The notes: generated by a model from the letters alone, not told the origin. Shown: positions 42,745 through 53,224, counted from the stretch's first letter. The stretch is DNA of 64,000 nucleotides from an uncultured delta proteobacterium (GCA_963711565.1 CAVQEQ010000004.1:1571293-1635292), one strand, 5' to 3'. Numbers and translations: made by a program.

Positions 42745-43770
42745 TCAATCGGGAAAGCGGACCCTCACCGACGCGCTGTCGGGAATCGCCTGGCACGCCA
42801 GTATCCAATTCTGCTTCAGGTCGTTCTTGTCCAACACCTGATTGTGGCGCAAATGGACCTCGCCAACTTCGAGCGTGCACATGCACGACCCGCACGCGCC
42901 ACTCTGACATGAATGCGGCGCCTTCAGTCCGGCGCGCAGCATTGCATCGAGGATAGGTTCGCGGCGCGAGCAAGTCAGGTCGTGATGCACTCCGTCGAGT
43001 TCCACCTCGAGCTGAACCTGGCCATTCGCGCCCGCATCGAGAACAGGCTCCGCATCTTCTTCGTCGGGGAGTGAGACGAACCGCTCGACGTGAATTCGTG
43101 CCGGCGCGACGTTGAGCCCGCGCAGTGCATCGAGCGCGCACTCCATGAAGGCCTCGGGACCACATACGTAACAGTCCGCGTGGATCCAGGTTCGCGACAG
43201 TTCCGCGAGCCGCGCGATCGATGGCAGTCCGTGAACGGCATCGAGCAGGTGAATCACCTGGAGGCGAGTCGGATGCTCCTTTGTCAGCGCGTTCAGCTGG
43301 TCGCGGTAAATCACCGAATCCTCGTCCCGGTTCGCATATATAAGGTAGAGGCGCCCGCGACCCGCGATGAGCGCGGACCTGATAATCGAAAAAATCGGCG
43401 TGATGCCGCTGCCGCCCGCGAAGAGCAGGAAATCGCCGTCAATCGAGTGCGGGGTGAAGTGGCCGGCGGGCGGTTTAACCTCAATCGCATCACTTGCTTT
43501 GATTCGGTCGCAAATCCAGTTGGACACGCCGCCTTGCGGGACGCGCTTGACCGTAACGCGCGGCGGCTCATCGACGAACGGACAGCTCGCGAGCGAGTAG
43601 CATCGCAGCAGATGGCGCCCGTTATGCGCGATGCGCAGAGTCAGAAACTGTCCGGGCCGGTAGCGAAACGCCTCCGCGTGCTCAGGCGGAATTTCGAAGA
43701 CGATCGACTTCGCGTCGGCGGTCTCGTCGATCACCTCGCGAACGCGCAGGGAGTAGTAAGGCTCCGTCAT
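42745..43770 (-). CDS. kshB: ferredoxin-NAD(P) reductase with C-terminal 2Fe-2S domain (3-ketosteroid 9alpha-hydroxylase reductase)
   Basis: RCYSLAS, AGGSGITP, YVCGPEAFM, HSCQSGACGSC, LACQ. Located in the steroid cluster with kshA. Confidence 0.85.
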   Translation of the reverse strand: MTEPYYSLRVREVIDETADAKSIVFEIPPEHAEAFRYRPGQFLTLRIAHNGRHLLRCYSLASCPFVDEPPRVTVKRVPQGGVSNWICDRIKASDAIEVKPPAGHFTPHSIDGDFLLFAGGSGITPIFSIIRSALIAGRGRLYLIYANRDEDSVIYRDQLNALTKEHPTRLQVIHLLDAVHGLPSIARLAELSRTWIHADCYVCGPEAFMECALDALRGLNVAPARIHVERFVSLPDEEDAEPVLDAGANGQVQLEVELDGVHHDLTCSRREPILDAMLRAGLKAPHSCQSGACGSCMCTLEVGEVHLRHNQVLDKNDLKQNWILACQAIPDSASVRVRFPD

Positions 43771-43771
43771 C

Positions 43772-44509
43772 TCAGTGCGCGTTGGTGATCCTTAGTTGCG
43801 CGCCGCTGATGAAGCGCGACTCGTCGGAAATCAGAAATAGCACCAGGTTCGCGACGTCCTTTGGATCGCAGAAGCGCGAGGTCGGGTCGGCGTCGTAACT
43901 GACGGCCGCGGGATCGGGATTGCCCAGCAGCGGCAGCGTCATCGGCGTCAGCACGCCGTCGGGATGGATCGAGTTACAGCGAATGCGGTAGCCGCAACTC
44001 TTGCAGTGAACGGCGACGCTGTGAGTGAGCGCCGCGACCGAGCCTTTCGAGCCGCTGTAGGACACCGCAAACGGCAGGCCCTCCGCGGCGACCGACGACA
44101 TGTTGACGATCGAGCCGCCGCCGCTCGACTTCAACGCGGCGACGCCGTACTTGCAGCCGAGAAAATAGCCGTCGGCGTTGACGCGATGGATCTTCTGCCA
44201 TTGCTCGAGCGTCGCGTCCTCAATCGATCCCATCACGAGCACGCCGGCGTTGTTGACGAGCCCATCGAGCCGGCCGAAGCGATCGTGCGTCGCGGCCATC
44301 ACACTCTTCCAGTTGTCGTCGCTCGAGATGTCGTGGCGTAGGAAGATGGCGGCGTCGCCGATTTCTTTTGCGAGTGAGCGGCCGCCGTCCTCGTTGAGGT
44401 CGGTGATTACAACACGCGCACCTTCGGCGGCGAGCAGGAGCGCATCCTGTTTGCCGATGCCGCTGGCGGCGCCGGTGACGATCACTACTTTTCCTTGAAC
44501 ACGTCCCAT
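43772..44509 (-). CDS. SDR oxidoreductase (hydroxysteroid dehydrogenase-like)
   Basis: TGAASGIG, NNAG, YSGSK, IRCNSIHPDGVLTPM. Confidence 0.88.
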   Translation of the reverse strand: MGRVQGKVVIVTGAASGIGKQDALLLAAEGARVVITDLNEDGGRSLAKEIGDAAIFLRHDISSDDNWKSVMAATHDRFGRLDGLVNNAGVLVMGSIEDATLEQWQKIHRVNADGYFLGCKYGVAALKSSGGGSIVNMSSVAAEGLPFAVSYSGSKGSVAALTHSVAVHCKSCGYRIRCNSIHPDGVLTPMTLPLLGNPDPAAVSYDADPTSRFCDPKDVANLVLFLISDESRFISGAQLRITNAH

Positions 44510-44533
44510 GGCCGTAGCTTCCTGTGATAGATT

Positions 44534-46242
44534 CTAAACTATCGCTTTAACTTTCAATTCGTTTTGTGTTTTGGATACGGCGGCGGAGCGGCCGGCGCGC
44601 CTGCCCGACCAGATGCAATCCGCGAGCGCCAATCCGCTCACGTAGTGATTCGAGGCGATGCCGACTGCGGCACGTCCTGCGGCATAGAGTCCAGGCACGG
44701 TGCCGCTGGCGGTCTTTACTGCGCCATCTGTTTCATCGACACACAAGCCGCCGAGGGTGAGTGCGGCGCAAGGAAACACGCGCTTGTCGACCGAGATGTC
44801 GAGCGCATAGAACGGCGGCGCTTCGAGCGGATGCAGCAAGTCGCGCGATTTGCCCAACGGATCATCGCCGCTGTGTGCGGCATCGTTGTAGCTCTGCCAG
44901 CTTTGACGCATCAACGTCACGTCGGCGCCGATTCGCCGAGCGAGATCCTCGATCGAGCGGCGCGCTTCGCTCCCAAATATGTCAGGACGAGCGCGGGGAC
45001 GCTTTGAAATCCCCAGAGCCTGCCGGACAGCGCTTCCCGGACTGCATCGCGGCGGATTGTCGAGTCGATCACGAGCCACGCTTTACCGTTGTGGCTCTCG
45101 CACATTTCGTAGCCGAGCTTCGCGCCGTAGACTTCCTCGTTGCAGAAGCGCGCGCCGTTGGCGTCGACGATCATGCCGCGGGCCCACGCCAGTGGAGGAT
45201 TGATGAAGCGCCACGCCGACACGCGTTCCAGCCGAGCGCTCTCTCCGCCGACCGATTGGCCGAGGCGGATGCCGCTGCCGTCGCATCCTGAGGTACCGAG
45301 GCGGAAGTTGCGCAGATATTTCGGCGCGTGGCGCGCCACCATTTCGCGATTGAAGATGAAACCGCCGGTGCTGAGAATGACGCCGCCGCGCGCGCGGACA
45401 ATCAGCCGTCGAGCTTCGGCGAGTTCTATTGCAAGTGCGCGGCGGCGCAGCATGTCGGAGATGCCGGGCGCGGGATAGTACATTCGTTCGGCCCAACGGC
45501 TGAGTTGTCGATGGCGCTTTGAGGCGCGGCTGTCGTTGTCGAATTGCCAGAGTTCCGCGCCGAGGACCGCGCCGCTTTTGTTATCGAGAACGAGGCGGCG
45601 CACGGAGGATTGGGTCATCACACGCGCGCCGGAGGTTTGCACACTCTTGCGCAACGCGCGAAAGAGCATCGCGCCTGACAGGCCCGCGCCTTTGACGCGA
45701 TGGCCGCGTGGGGCGGGCGGATATTTGCCGGCGTATTCCTTAACGGTTTCGTTGCCGGAGAAATAAAGATAATAGCCGTCGGCGGGATACGAGGTCTTGC
45801 AGGGCGGGACGGTGGAATCGAACTCGACGCCGTGCGCTTCGAGCCATTCGATCATCTCGACGCTGCGGTCGCAGAAGTCGCGCAGCGTCGAGCGCTCGAC
45901 GGCGTCGCCGACTTCCATGCACAGGTATTCGTACATCGCTTCGGGCGAGTCGTCGTAGCCGGCGGTCTTTTGAAATCGCGTGCCGCCGCCCGCATACACG
46001 ACGCCGCCGCTCTTGGCGCTCGCGCCGCCGCCGCCAAAGCGGTCGGTGACGATGACGCTGGCGCCCGCGTTTGCAGCCTCGATCGCTGCGCACGCGCCGG
46101 CTGCGCCGTAGCCGACGACGAGCACGTCGCACTCATCGTCCCACGCGACGGATTGATCGCCATCGGCGCGGATCGGTGCGCCAATCGGTGTTGCTCCCGA
46201 ATTGCTCGCGTCGATCGCGGTGTCAGGTCCGATGCTGGACGT
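44534..46242 (-). CDS. FAD-binding 3-oxosteroid dehydrogenase (delta4-5alpha-dehydrogenase/TesI-like); frameshift near 44960
   Basis: WDDECDVLVVGYGAAG, GGGASAKSGGVVYAGGG, RFCNEEVYGA, LTLGGL, GLYAAGRAAVGI, YVSGLALADC. The start codon is unclear (see findings). Confidence 0.78.
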
Positions 46243-46253
46243 GGGTAGCGCCT

Positions 46254-47105
46254 CTACTCGATTACTATCGGCGAAAATTCGGTTGGTGGACCCAAGTAGC
46301 CGCGGCCGGAGGGTGGCTGCGCACCGTTAACGTCTTTGACGCCGTAACGATCGGCGAGTTCGGCTGAGAAGAACGTCTGGCCGGTCAACTCCATCCGCTT
46401 CGGATCGTTGTAGAGCGCGTCGATGATGCGGCCGCCGAATTCGGGCGACTCCGCGACTGCGAGCATCGGGCCGTACTTCGACTTGTTCGCGTCGATCGTC
46501 ATCACCTTCTCGGTCTTCACCAGGCCGAGCCAGACCGAGACGACCGCGACGTTGTACGGTTTGAAGTCGTGCGCCATGTCGTGGGACATCTTGTTAACGC
46601 CGGCCTTGGCGGCGCCGTAGGCTGGTCCGTGCACGTAGGCCTTTGCGCCGGGCGAGGACGAGTTGAAGACCACGCCGCCGTTGCGGATTAGCATCGGCGC
46701 GGCGAGCCAGGTCGCGACGTAGTTCGAGCGCAGGCCCACGTCTAGCAGCTTCACGAAACCGAGCGGCTTGCTCCAGAACGGTCCCTTCACGGTCAAGCCG
46801 TCGGGAATTGCGGTGGCGTTGTTGACGAGGATGTCGAGTCGGCCGGACTCGTTCTCGATTCGCTTGAAGAGCGCGCGCACCTGGTTGTCGTCGCTATGAT
46901 CGCAGACGACGGCGACGCCGCGGCCACCGCGTTTCGTGACTTCCTCGGCGGTGGCGGAGACAGTTCCGCCGAAGGGATTGTCGCCGGTTTTGGCGCTGCG
47001 GCCGGTGACGTAAACAGTCGCGCCGGCGGCGCCCAGAGCGATCGCGATACCCTTACCGACTCCGAGGCTCGCACCGGTTACAAGGGCGACGCGATCTTTC
47101 AGCAT
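46254..47105 (-). CDS. SDR family oxidoreductase (DHRS1-like)
   Basis: TGASLGVGKGIA...VYVTGR, LVNNA, YGAAKAG. Confidence 0.88.
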   Translation of the reverse strand: MLKDRVALVTGASLGVGKGIAIALGAAGATVYVTGRSAKTGDNPFGGTVSATAEEVTKRGGRGVAVVCDHSDDNQVRALFKRIENESGRLDILVNNATAIPDGLTVKGPFWSKPLGFVKLLDVGLRSNYVATWLAAPMLIRNGGVVFNSSSPGAKAYVHGPAYGAAKAGVNKMSHDMAHDFKPYNVAVVSVWLGLVKTEKVMTIDANKSKYGPMLAVAESPEFGGRIIDALYNDPKRMELTGQTFFSAELADRYGVKDVNGAQPPSGRGYLGPPTEFSPIVIE

Positions 47106-47106
47106 G

Positions 47107-48833
47107 TCAAGCTCCTGCGAGATGGTGGGCCGCGATGTAGCCGAACGTCATCGCCGGGCCAAGCGTCGAGCCGCGCCAGGGTAGCTCGGTCCCATCACGG
47201 CCGCCGAGGTGTTGCCAGTAGCGTAGAGGCCGGGAATCGGCTGGCCGTCCTCGCGCAGAACGCGCGCGTACTCGTCGGTCAGGAGGCCGCCCTTGGTGCC
47301 GATGTCGCCGGCGTCGATGCGCATCGCATAGAAAGGAGGCTTGGCAATGGGCGCGAGACACGGATTGGGTTTGACGTTGACGTTGCCGTAGTAGCGATCG
47401 AAGGTGTTGCTGCCTTTTCCGAACTCCTTGTCGTCGCCGCTGGCGGCGTATTCATTCATCCTCGCGACCGTCTCGCGCAATCCCTTCGCATCAACTTCGA
47501 TCCGCGCGGCGAGAGCGTCGAGGGTGTCGCCCTTGAAATAAACTGTGCCGGCCCACGACGCGGGCAACGATTTGTCGGGACGCACCATGCCGGGCAGCAG
47601 CGGGCCACATGGATACTTGCGGCGGAATTCGGCGTCGAAGACGAGCCATGCCGGCATGTTGGCTTTGCTCTTCTCGTTGTCGGCGTACATCGCGTAAACG
47701 ATTTCGCTGTACGGCGCGGCCTCGTCAACGAAACGGCGGCCGAGCCGATTGACCATCACGCATCCCGGCAGGTTGCGCTCGACGAAGAGCGCGCGCCGCT
47801 TTTCGCGGCCCATGATGAAAACCGTCGGCGCCCACCACGCATGATCCATCAGGGCAACTTGCGCACCGACGCCCTGCCCTGCGCGAATCGCGTCGCCGGT
47901 GTTCGAGGGCGGAGTGACCGTCCATTCGGCGCGCGTCGGCTTGGGCAGGTACTCGTCGCGCATCGCCTGGTTGTGCTCGAAGCCGCCCGCGGCGAGGATG
48001 ATCCCGCGTTTCGCCGCGATGCGAATCGTTTTGCCGCTTTGAGTGGCAGTAATTCCCACTACTCGGCGCGCATCGGTGACGAGAGATTCCAGCGCGGTGT
48101 TGAGCCACAGCGGAATGTTGCGATCCATCATCGAGCGGCGCAGCGATCCGACCATCGAACTACCCAGCGTGAGGCGGCGGTCGCGCTTGCTGCGAAAGCG
48201 CCACGGGATATCGAGCCAGTAGCGCGCCATGCGGCGCATGAAGAGAGTGATCCACCCGCGTTCCTTGCACAGGATGACGTGGGCCTCGCCCGCCGTCATC
48301 GTGACACGGCCGGCGATCAGCGTGCCGGGTTGCGGCGGCCGCATGTGCGCAAATTCGCCGCCGAGGAGCGCCGCGTTGAACGACAACGGATCCATCGTGC
48401 GGTAACCCGGCTTCGAGCCCGGCAGCGATGGATAGTAGTCGGAGTAGTTGGGCATCGCGCGGTAGCGCAGACAGGTTTTCTCTTCGAGGTATCGAACCAT
48501 CCGCGGCGCGTGCTCGAGGTAGGCGAGAATGCGCGCCTCGGCGACCATCCCCCGCGTGGCGGCCTTGAGGTAAGCGAGCGCGTCGTCGTGGCTATCGTTG
48601 GCTCCCGCGGCGGTCAAGAGATGATTGCATGGCACCCATACGCCGCCGCCGGAGATTGCGCTGGTGCCGCCGTACTGGTCGCTCTTTTCGAGCACCACGA
48701 CCGACTGGCCGAGATCATGCGCGGCGATTGCGGCGGTCAATCCGCCGGCGCCGGAGCCGACGACGACCACGTCGAACTCGTGATCCCAATGCGCGTCGCT
48801 CGCGGGCGCGCCGAGTCGGATTCCACTGCTCAT
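47107..48833 (-). CDS. kstD: 3-ketosteroid delta1-dehydrogenase (FAD-dependent); frameshift near 47171
   Basis: DVVVVGSGAGG, GGTSAISGGGVWVP, GDIGTKGGL, GLYATGN, YPGAG-STLGPAMTFGY after restoring one G. ATG 48833 overlaps the hsaA stop. Confidence 0.85.
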
Positions 48834-50023
48834 ATAAAGAAGTCGGTGTTGCCGAGGCCGAGCAGGACGCCACCGTAGTTGCGGCCGAATTTGTCGGGAT
48901 TGTTGGCGTAGTGCATCCGCGCCGCGTGGATGTCCACGAAGAACCGCCCGATGGGATTGTCGGTGTAGAGCCCTTGGCCGCCGCAGGAGTGGAACAGGCG
49001 ATCGATATGCTCGGCGCATCGTCCGGCGACGGCGGCGGATTGATAGCGGTAATGGATGCGGTCGTTGACGTTGAGCGCGTCGCCGCGGCGCAGCGTCGCC
49101 ATCATCGCTGCGAGGTTTCGATGCAGCGCCAGCTTCATGTCGTCGATCGCGAGCGCGGCGTCGGCGGCGGCGAGCGCGGCGGCGGGATCCTCGGCGGTGC
49201 GGCCCATGTCGTTGATGCTCACGCGCCTGGAGCCGTAGTCGCGAAACGCGGTCAGCGCGCCTTGCAGTGCGCCGATCGATGCGGAAGATACCGCGCGCAC
49301 AAAAATCTGCCCGAACGGCAGCTTGTACAGTGCGGCAGGATTGGCGCTCAGGCCGGGACTGGTGCCGGCGAAGCCGTCGATTGCGCGATGAGTGCGATAG
49401 TCGGGGACGAACGCGCCGTCGATGACGACTTCCTTGCTGCCGGTGCCCCTGAGTCCGACGGTGTGCCAGTTGTCGTTGATCGAGACGTTGGAGCGCGGCA
49501 CGAGGAAGGTGCGATAGTCTGGCACGCCGTTTTTCGACGACACGATGCCGCCGAGGAAGAGCCAGTCGGCATGATCGACGCCGCTCGAGAAGGTCCATCG
49601 CCCGCTGAACTTGAAGCCGCCGTCAACGCGCTCGACCTGCCCTTTCGGCATGTAGCTCGACGCGATCAGCACCGAACTGTCCTTCGCCCAGACGTCCTCC
49701 TGCGCGCGCGGATCGAACAGCGCCAACTGCCAGTTGTGCACGGCGACGACGCCGTAAACCCATCCGGTGGACATGCATCCCTCGGCGAGCGTCATCTGGA
49801 TGTCGAAGAAGACGCCGGGATCGAGTTCGTAGCCGCCATAACGCTTGGGCTGGATGACGCGGAAGAGGCCGGCGCGCTTGAGATCGTCGATGGTCTCGGC
49901 GGGAATCGAGCGATTGTGCTCGGCGAGCGCGGCGCGTTCGGCGAGCGTCGGGACCAGCTCGCGCGCGCTCGCGAGAAGGGAGTTCGCGAGGTCGGTCCCG
50001 TTGGTTTCAGTGTCGGATTTCAT
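48830..50023 (-). CDS. hsaA: flavin-dependent monooxygenase oxygenase subunit (3-HSA hydroxylase, HsaA-like)
   Basis: QPKRYGG, STGWVYGVVAVHNWQLALF..AQEDVW, ASSYMP, SSGVDH, GLRGTGS, FFVDIHAARMH. Confidence 0.88.
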   Translation of the reverse strand: MKSDTETNGTDLANSLLASARELVPTLAERAALAEHNRSIPAETIDDLKRAGLFRVIQPKRYGGYELDPGVFFDIQMTLAEGCMSTGWVYGVVAVHNWQLALFDPRAQEDVWAKDSSVLIASSYMPKGQVERVDGGFKFSGRWTFSSGVDHADWLFLGGIVSSKNGVPDYRTFLVPRSNVSINDNWHTVGLRGTGSKEVVIDGAFVPDYRTHRAIDGFAGTSPGLSANPAALYKLPFGQIFVRAVSSASIGALQGALTAFRDYGSRRVSINDMGRTAEDPAAALAAADAALAIDDMKLALHRNLAAMMATLRRGDALNVNDRIHYRYQSAAVAGRCAEHIDRLFHSCGGQGLYTDNPIGRFFVDIHAARMHYANNPDKFGRNYGGVLLGLGNTDFFI

Positions 50024-50086
50024 GTGTGCAGAGAGTCCCGCGATATTTTCGCGGATTCATCGTCCGAAGGGACTATGAACCGCCGC

Positions 50087-51262
50087 TCATCCTAGCCAGA
50101 TGACGCTGCTTAGAAGGACGCGGACCAGAGTTGTTTGGCGGGTTACGCCGATCTTCGAGAAGATTGCGCGCAGGTGGGCGCGGGCGGTGTTCTTGCGGAT
50201 GTGGACGGCGTCGGCGGCTTCGTCGAGGGTGAGGCCGTTGGCGAGAGCCAGCGCCAGCGATGCTTCGGCGGGAGTGAGATCGAACAATCGGCGCACCATC
50301 TCGCGTGAAGCTTCAGACTTGCGCTCGGCATCGCGAATGAAGAGCGCGACACTCGGGCGGCGCTTTGCTTTCGACGAACCGGTGTTGGGCAGGCTGCGGA
50401 TTAATACGCCTAACTTGCCGGGTGACGATTTGCGAGTGATCGAGAGCGCGTCAACGACGGCCGGGCGGCCACCGGACTCGCCGCTCAGCGCTTGTTTCAC
50501 GAGGCGCTGAAGTTCGCGATTTTCGGCGGATGCGTCGGCGCGCAGCACACCGTTGACAATGCACAGGCCGTCGGCTTCCCGGAACATTTCGTCGGCGACC
50601 GGGTTGCTCTTCAGAACGGCGCCGGTCTCGTCGAGCGTTACGGTGCCAACCAGCATGCGATCGACAGTGCCGGCATAGAGGCGGCGTTCGGAGTCCATCA
50701 GCTCGAGCTGCGAATGCAGGCGCACGGCGCGTTTGAGATGCGGCAGAATGCTGGCGCATAGCAGTTTGTCGTTTTCCGAAAACGGCGGCTCGCGATGGGG
50801 CCGGGCGACGCGCAGGCGGCATTCGAGGCCGTCGTCGGTGCGGATGTCGGCGCCGAGCGCGTGCAGGATGTCGAGCGGCTTGAGGAAATTCTTGTAGAAC
50901 TCGCTCTCGCGCCAGTTCGCGTCGCCTATCAACTCGTTCACCGTCACGACTTTGTCCTGCGGCAGATCGACGAACGGATCGAGCGCGTAGTAGTGTTTGT
51001 TGTATTCGGCCTCGCGAGTGATCGGCCAATCACCGGCCGAGTTCACCATCAGGGCGTCGCGCTCGGCGGAGGGCGGCCGCAGCATGAGAGTGACATAGCT
51101 GGCGCGCAGGTGACGCCGGAGAAGATCGAGCGCACTTTTCCAGGGGACAGCTTCGAGCGGCCCTTCGTAGATTGCGGCGAGAAGCTCGCTGAACTCGGAG
51201 AGAGTTAGTGAGACTGAGCCCTGGGGAGAATTGGTCCGCTTAGGTTGAAGCGCCTTGCGCAT
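50087..51262 (-). CDS. LuxR/NarL-type HTH transcriptional regulator with N-terminal sensor region
   Basis: C-terminal LFDLTPAEASLALALANGLTLDEAA...NTARAHLRAIFSKIGV. Confidence 0.88.
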   Translation of the reverse strand: MRKALQPKRTNSPQGSVSLTLSEFSELLAAIYEGPLEAVPWKSALDLLRRHLRASYVTLMLRPPSAERDALMVNSAGDWPITREAEYNKHYYALDPFVDLPQDKVVTVNELIGDANWRESEFYKNFLKPLDILHALGADIRTDDGLECRLRVARPHREPPFSENDKLLCASILPHLKRAVRLHSQLELMDSERRLYAGTVDRMLVGTVTLDETGAVLKSNPVADEMFREADGLCIVNGVLRADASAENRELQRLVKQALSGESGGRPAVVDALSITRKSSPGKLGVLIRSLPNTGSSKAKRRPSVALFIRDAERKSEASREMVRRLFDLTPAEASLALALANGLTLDEAADAVHIRKNTARAHLRAIFSKIGVTRQTTLVRVLLSSVIWLG

Positions 51263-51333
51263 CCTCCTCATCTACGCCAAGGCGTGGAGAACTGCGAGAT
51301 GCCAGCAAAAAAGCCAAGGCCGAAAAATCTGCT

Positions 51334-51564
51334 CTATAAGAGTGCGGAGAATTGCTCGACAGTAAGACCCGCCTGACGAATGATCGATCTGAGCGTGCCG
51401 AAGGGCACGTCACCCGAATGGGACGGCACGGTGACTCGAAGTTCGGGATGATCGCGATGTTTCAGCTGAACGTGGCTGCCGGTCGAATGATGAACGAAGA
51501 AACCGGCTCTCCCAAGCGCGGTCACGACTTCACGCGCCTTAAGAACCGGAAGGGCTGGGCTCAA
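51334..51564 (-). CDS. hicA: HicA family mRNA interferase toxin
   Basis: GFFVHHSTGSHVQLKH...VTVPSH..DVPFGTLRSIIRQAGL. TTG start overlaps the hicB stop. Confidence 0.9.
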   Translation of the reverse strand: MSPALPVLKAREVVTALGRAGFFVHHSTGSHVQLKHRDHPELRVTVPSHSGDVPFGTLRSIIRQAGLTVEQFSALL

Positions 51565-51839
51565 AGCGCGACCACTACCTCCTCGCGAATCGGCTGGCCT
51601 TCGGGCGGCGTCTCGGCCGGTATCGCCTCGCCGTCTTTGCGGAGCCCTTCCAGATGGCAGCGCAACGCATCGCGCGCCATCGCGCGAGCGTCGTCGAGGG
51701 TGCGGCCGAAGGTCACAATCTCGGGGAACGCCGGAAACACCACAGCGAAGCTGCCGTCGGTCTGCGGCTCAAAGTAGACAGTGTAGTGGTAGGGACCGTG
51801 TGCCGCTGTCGTCGCTTGGTTCTTGCCTCTCGACTTCAT
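51561..51839 (-). CDS. hicB: HicB family antitoxin (short, no obvious DNA-binding domain)
   Basis: YTVYFEPQTDGSFAVVFPAFPEIVTFGRTLDDARAMARDAL...GEAIP. Confidence 0.88.
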   Translation of the reverse strand: MKSRGKNQATTAAHGPYHYTVYFEPQTDGSFAVVFPAFPEIVTFGRTLDDARAMARDALRCHLEGLRKDGEAIPAETPPEGQPIREEVVVAL

Positions 51840-51911
51840 CGCTTTTGAGAGTACTACGGCAAGCCTCCCCGGTGCCACTCGCACAGAGACTCAGAGCCAT
51901 CAAGAGAGGAC

Positions 51912-52982
51912 TTAGTCCTCGAACACGTGATGCGGCGGGGGCGGCGCGGGGATGCCGGCGTTCAGCTCGACTACCTGGCGCTTGAGCGCTTCCTCGGGGA
52001 CTTCGCCAGCGTCGAGGTAGAACTGGCGGTACCACTCGCGCAGTTGATAGATCGGGCCGTCGCCCTCGCATAGAAGGGGATTGTCGATGCGGACCTTGTT
52101 ATCCCAGATGGCGACGTCCTGGTAGAAGCCCTGCTGGATACCTTTGATGTAAGCGGCGACGATCTGTTGGGACATCTCATCGCTCACGCCCTCCATCTTC
52201 CGCACGATCATGCCGAAGCGTAAGTCGAAGCTCTTAAGATGAATGGGCACGTGGCAGTTGAGCAGGATCGAATCGATCGGAAAGCCGCCCATCTCACCTT
52301 TCATCTCTGTGATCTGATAGGCGGGGCCGAAATAAGTCGCGCAGGTGGCGAGGCTGCCCTGATTTCCTTGCGTGCCGGAACCGATCATGATCTGCGTCGC
52401 CTTGTGCGCCTGGAATATGTTGGCGAAGTAGTCAACCGGCGCGCCGTGCACGACCGGAAAATGCGCCATGTCGGCGACGTTGTCGATCAGCTCGCGGCAG
52501 TTGGTGTTGATGGTCCACTTCTCGATTACCCAGTCGCTCCACTTGTCGGAGAAGCATGCGTCGATGCGCGGGATCGAGACCTCGGGCGGCGGCGGATTGT
52601 TCTCAGGATCGTTCCACACGAACAGCAGCTTGTTCTGCTCGCAGGCCGGCCATGACTTCACGCGCGCCTTGGGCGGAATGCGTTTGCTGTAGGGAATATT
52701 GTTGCACTTGCCGTCACTGCCCCAGCTCCATGCATGAAAAGGACACACCACCGAATTGCCCCGTACCTGGCCGCGGCTAAGATCGGCGCCCATATGCGGA
52801 CAGTAACTGTCGAGGACGTGAACCTGTTGATCTTCGCCGAGGTAGGCGACCAGGCGGGTGCCGAAGGCGTTGACGGTGTGCGGCTTGCCGTCCTTGTAGT
52901 CGGCGGCGAGTCCGAGGCAGTGCCATCCGCGAGCGTAGCGATCCGCAATCGGCGATGCCTCAATCATATGTGTCAACGCCAT
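51912..52982 (-). CDS. kshA: 3-ketosteroid 9alpha-hydroxylase oxygenase subunit (Rieske)
   Basis: RYARGWHCLG, Rieske CPHMG...CPFHAW, ELIDNVADMAHFPVVH, QDVAIWDNK.RIDNPLLCEGDGPIYQLREWY. Confidence 0.92.
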   Translation of the reverse strand: MALTHMIEASPIADRYARGWHCLGLAADYKDGKPHTVNAFGTRLVAYLGEDQQVHVLDSYCPHMGADLSRGQVRGNSVVCPFHAWSWGSDGKCNNIPYSKRIPPKARVKSWPACEQNKLLFVWNDPENNPPPPEVSIPRIDACFSDKWSDWVIEKWTINTNCRELIDNVADMAHFPVVHGAPVDYFANIFQAHKATQIMIGSGTQGNQGSLATCATYFGPAYQITEMKGEMGGFPIDSILLNCHVPIHLKSFDLRFGMIVRKMEGVSDEMSQQIVAAYIKGIQQGFYQDVAIWDNKVRIDNPLLCEGDGPIYQLREWYRQFYLDAGEVPEEALKRQVVELNAGIPAPPPPHHVFED

Positions 52983-53224
52983 GGCCCGGCCCTCCGCCAT
53001 CTGTCCGATGTGGATGCTTACAATCCGTGCCGCGGGCGGCATCGTCTTTTTGGACGATAGCAATCGCCGCGCATTTCGACTGTCATGCTGACGACGGGAG
53101 CGCAAGCGACGGGAGGAACGGACCTCGGACAGCTTCGCGCACGCGAAGCCGGCACCGGTCTCTGAGTCGCCCGCCTTGGGCGGGCCACCACAATCGCCTA
53201 CACTGCTCGCCGGGAGGAACTTCA

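Noticed and set aside
47148-49598. 816-aa ORF suggesting a large fusion protein
   Set aside because: The N-terminal third is an alternate frame of hsaA. kstD really starts at ATG 48833, overlapping the hsaA stop.
46896-50095. Long antisense ORFs here (660 and 488 aa) and elsewhere (e.g. 1466-2821, 9428-10969, 29450-30649)
   Set aside because: Shadow ORFs typical of high-GC DNA, opposite well-supported genes, Arg/Ala-rich and without motifs.
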